A DNA stretch of 64,000 nucleotides, from NCBI GenBank assembly GCA_000708835.1, contig DF236958.1:314692-378691 (forward strand), given 5' to 3'. A program made the position numbers and the translations under genes. The notes below the pieces were generated by a model. It ran no database searches. It worked only from the letters and a program-made list of their open reading frames with translations, and was not told where the DNA came from. Source of the stretch: Klebsormidium nitens. Its lineage: Eukaryota > Plantae > Klebsormidiophyceae. This document shows, piece by piece, positions 60,791-64,000 of the stretch (its first letter is position 1; every line of letters starts with the position of its first letter).

Positions 60791-63519
60791 TGGGTGGTGC
60801 CGGGAATCGGCATCCTTTCGTTTTCCCCTTGGTGGCAGTAGTTCGGAACGCAAGGGTGATCCCTTTTTCGGCGAGTTGCAGAGTCAGTTTTTGAGAGCGT
60901 TACTTTAGTACCTCGTGTCGTTCCCATTGTGAACGTTGGAGTTATGGGCTGAGCGCTTGTCGTATTCGGAAGGATTCTTGGACCGCAGTCACTTCGACTG
61001 CCAGAGGAGACGGTCTTCTTTGGCAAACTGTTGAGGGTGTAGCATAGGCAAAAGTAGTAGGTTAATCTACTTGACCACTGGGAGTTCGGAAGTTCAAGAC
61101 AGTCTTGAGGATTAGTCCTCAGCTATATGCTATTCTTTGTCACAGCCTACTGACGGATCTCGCTGTAGTACGAGGGGTCTGTAACTAGTGTAAGCTAGCG
61201 CTTTGCTATCAGTCACTGTAGTTTTCGCAACCAGCATCAGTTGGTGCTAGTCACCGCGTTCGAATTTTGGCAATATGTACGATAGGTGGACAGGCCCGAC
61301 GTTAGGACTCAATTCTGCTTTGCCCATATCACATCCGCGTAGTCATCAGCTGCAACTTAGTCAGTCACCACAACTTGGACCGACTGCTCTTCAACAATCA
61401 CACCGAGCTTAACACTGGCAGTCTATTTGACCATCTACTTGGCGGCCACAATCGACTCACTTTGAAAGATGTGCTGACTGATGCCCGGTTCATATGTAAT
61501 GCGCTCTAAGGATAAGTTCGAGCACATTGAGTTAATGTATCTCATCCAATTGCCTCAACGTGGAATGACTTCGAGCCCGCTGATTGCATGGCAAGTTGAT
61601 CTCGCAGACTACCGTACGCAAGCATTTGTACTTCGTATTTGCAGTCTCTTATGTATGTGCAGCTTGCTGAATACCAACAAAAATGCTTCTGCGACAACGA
61701 TGTCCAATCTCATCCTGCAGCATGTTTGCATCATGTGTATCTGTAAGGCACCTACCTATATGTGAAGCTGTAGTGTGAACGTGTAGACATTTAGAAAGCT
61801 TGGATGCATGTCTTGTAATAAAAATCGGGTCCGATCTGACGTAGGGATTCGGCGTTTCAATCGTCCGAAGCTTATTGAGCCTCTCTTAAACCATGACGGC
61901 CTATACTGATGCCGCGCTTGGATTGCCGGCTAATTAGACTAGCATGAAGACAGCATCTCGAAAGTTGCCAGTTGCTGCATGCTCGGAGTGACGATCAGAC
62001 AAACGATGGTCACTTCTTTTTATACACGCTTAGGCACCTGGGCCCATGGCGCAGAAACATGAGCAATTTCGGAGTTCGGGCTTCATCAAAAAATGTTTCT
62101 ACTCTAGTTACCAAGCACTTTCTAGCAACATGGTTGTACATGACATGCTACCTCATTCCTGATTGAATAGTTAACTACTATGTATATAAAGTCACCTCAA
62201 CTTATCTACTGGTTCGAGGCAAAAGGAACTTACATTGTCTCTAATATAAGGCTTCTACTCCAACTTAGTTTTCCAATTCTTCTCTAGGGGCCCTTGTAAG
62301 ACCGGGCCTTTGGTAAGTTCTAGAGGAGCAGTTGCAACGCCTGCGTAGCCGGAGACTCGTACTGCAGATGCCAATGCCTGTGCCGCGGCTGCGCGCCGCA
62401 TCCCCCGTGGCGGATCGGAGGTGCCTCAACTTCATGGCGCCCTTGCGCATGTGCATGCACCCTGGTGCCAAACAAGGTATCGAGTAGGTACTGCCACGTG
62501 TTTTGTACGTCCATAAAGGCGGACTACAGAGGCATTCGAGTAGAAGCAAGCCATTGGGATTGCTTTCGTGATCGCCCAATATGAGTCCGATGCGAGACTG
62601 AAGTTACTTAGAAGTGGCTCACGTCACCGTCTGCAACATGTAAGGTGCAACTTTCACGGGGATCACTATCGAAGGCCTATAAATGTGCTGCCAACTGAGT
62701 ACTATGCGGTGAATACAGCACGCGCAGACAAGCAAGGTGCACCATTTGTATCAAGAGGACCTACGTAGCTTATTCATAGTCGTCCATCTAAACCCTAAGC
62801 GCACAAAGTGTTGTGATATTCAGCATGTAGAGCATCTACTAAGTCTCAAACTAGCATTTTAGTCATATGCATGTTTGCACCGGTCACCATGCGAGTTCAT
62901 GCTCGTTTGCAGGCCAGCCGGCAGAGGTATAGTAGTAGAGGTGGCGCTCGGATTCCAGAATAGATTTTGGTTTGCATAGTACGGTGCGTGCCATTCATTT
63001 ACATTGTCAGTTTGAAATCGCCAATTTCCAATAGGGAGGTCTGTCGAAAGCATGCTCAAAGTGCTAGGTCTATAACTTTTGCAGTTTATCCTGCACTGCA
63101 TCCCGCAGTGTATTGGGTAAGCAGTCGCGACGGGCCGCAATCATTCGGTTTGGGGGCAATCACCGCAAGTGGAGTAGGCAGTCTGCGACAAGGTTTTACA
63201 AAATGTATGTTGCTTGGCCCGGGGACGTTTGGTCCAAATTAAGAGTGGAGTTTGGAGGTTTGCAGCAAGTTGGCTGCCTTCAAGTTACATGCGGCAAAGT
63301 TTTGTCCAGACGTTGGGTCCGAAGAGGAGAGAGGTGGGGCACTGTACTGCACGCCCGCCACAAAAGCGTACAGCACAGTGCGAAGCTTCTGGACAGTGGC
63401 GACGCTCGGGACTCTCTCTCCAAACCCTAATCTCCTCAAGGCAAAGCCTCTGTGTAGGTGCACTTAAATAAGAGCTCAATAATGACCAGAATCTCAAGGC
63501 TGAAGAGTAATCAGGGGGA

Positions 63520-63835
63520 CTGTCCTCCGATGACTGGCAAACGATGGCTGACTGTGCATGCCAATGACTGGAGAATCCAACTCGACCAATGACTGCAGAA
63601 TCCAACTCGGCCAAAAACATGCCAGAAGCACAGCACAGAATCTCAAGCTCCAATGACTGCACACAACCAATGAGCAAATGACTGCAAGAAGTAATGGGCC
63701 TGAAGCAATGGGCCTGCCACCTCCCAGCTCACACCGTAATGAATATGAAATCTAAATCGACCAATGGGAAAGCCTAAATCGACCAATCGGAAAGGAAACA
63801 CCCGTCTCCTGCTAATAAATGCCCAATGACTGGAC
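63520..63835. repeat. Cluster of CCAAT-containing short repeats
   Basis: ccaatgactg at 63561, 63586 (25-bp tandem unit), 63650, 63823; ccaat also at 63667; ctaaatcgaccaat(g/c)ggaaag twice (63752, 63774); aatgggcctg twice (~63693, ~63707). Confidence 0.7.
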
Positions 63836-63964
63836 AACTCCTAAGGGTCCCTCTAACGACAGAAGATTGTCCCCAATGTCAGAAAGTATCTAAACGACTA
63901 AATGATGGTATTCATCATAATGGTGACTCAGCTACACTGATCGCAAATTTAGCTCCTCATTGCG

Positions 63965-64000
63965 GCAACGTTGCAAGCGTTGCAGCAACGTTGCGCAACG
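63965..64000. repeat. Repeated palindrome gcaacgttgc, truncated by the window end
   Basis: gcaacgttgc at 63965 and 63985, then gcaacg at 63995. Confidence 0.6.

Noticed and set aside
63252-63400. Faint J-domain resemblance (AFKLHAAKFCPDV...KAYSTV)
   Set aside because: No HPD motif, no exon structure, similarity too weak.
1-64000. tRNA, rRNA, snRNA genes
   Set aside because: No cloverleaf with A/B boxes or conserved rRNA/snRNA segment recognised by eye; tRNAscan-SE and Infernal would be needed to exclude them.

Overview
Intron-rich eukaryotic nuclear DNA (roughly 50-55% GC, mostly GT-AG introns of 100-1100 bp). Gene content and intron style point to a streptophyte green alga such as Klebsormidium; this is inference. 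I assembled ten spliced protein-coding genes by hand, checking reading-frame phase across the introns: a partial Myb/SANT-like + RWP-RK-like protein; two divergent light-harvesting (LHC) paralogs; a DEG14/HtrA-type protease; an uncharacterised protein; a ceQORH-type quinone/oxoene reductase; a two-domain DJ-1D glyoxalase; a P-class PPR protein; an LDAH-type hydrolase; and a PRUNE/PPX1 exopolyphosphatase. Eight of them form four consecutive head-to-head pairs. The two most striking pairs are a His-type/Asn-type LHC pair (possible new LHCI-like heterodimer) and ceQORH/DJ-1D, two carbonyl-detoxifying enzymes sharing a 377-bp spacer with a perfect heat-shock element. The DJ-1D gene has a 5.56-kb intron holding antisense, internally repeated, decayed coding-like sequence. 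Intergenic regions hold paired hairpins, a MITE-like element in GTAC-rich DNA and a CCAAT repeat cluster. I found no rRNA, tRNA, CRISPR array or intact transposase/reverse transcriptase.
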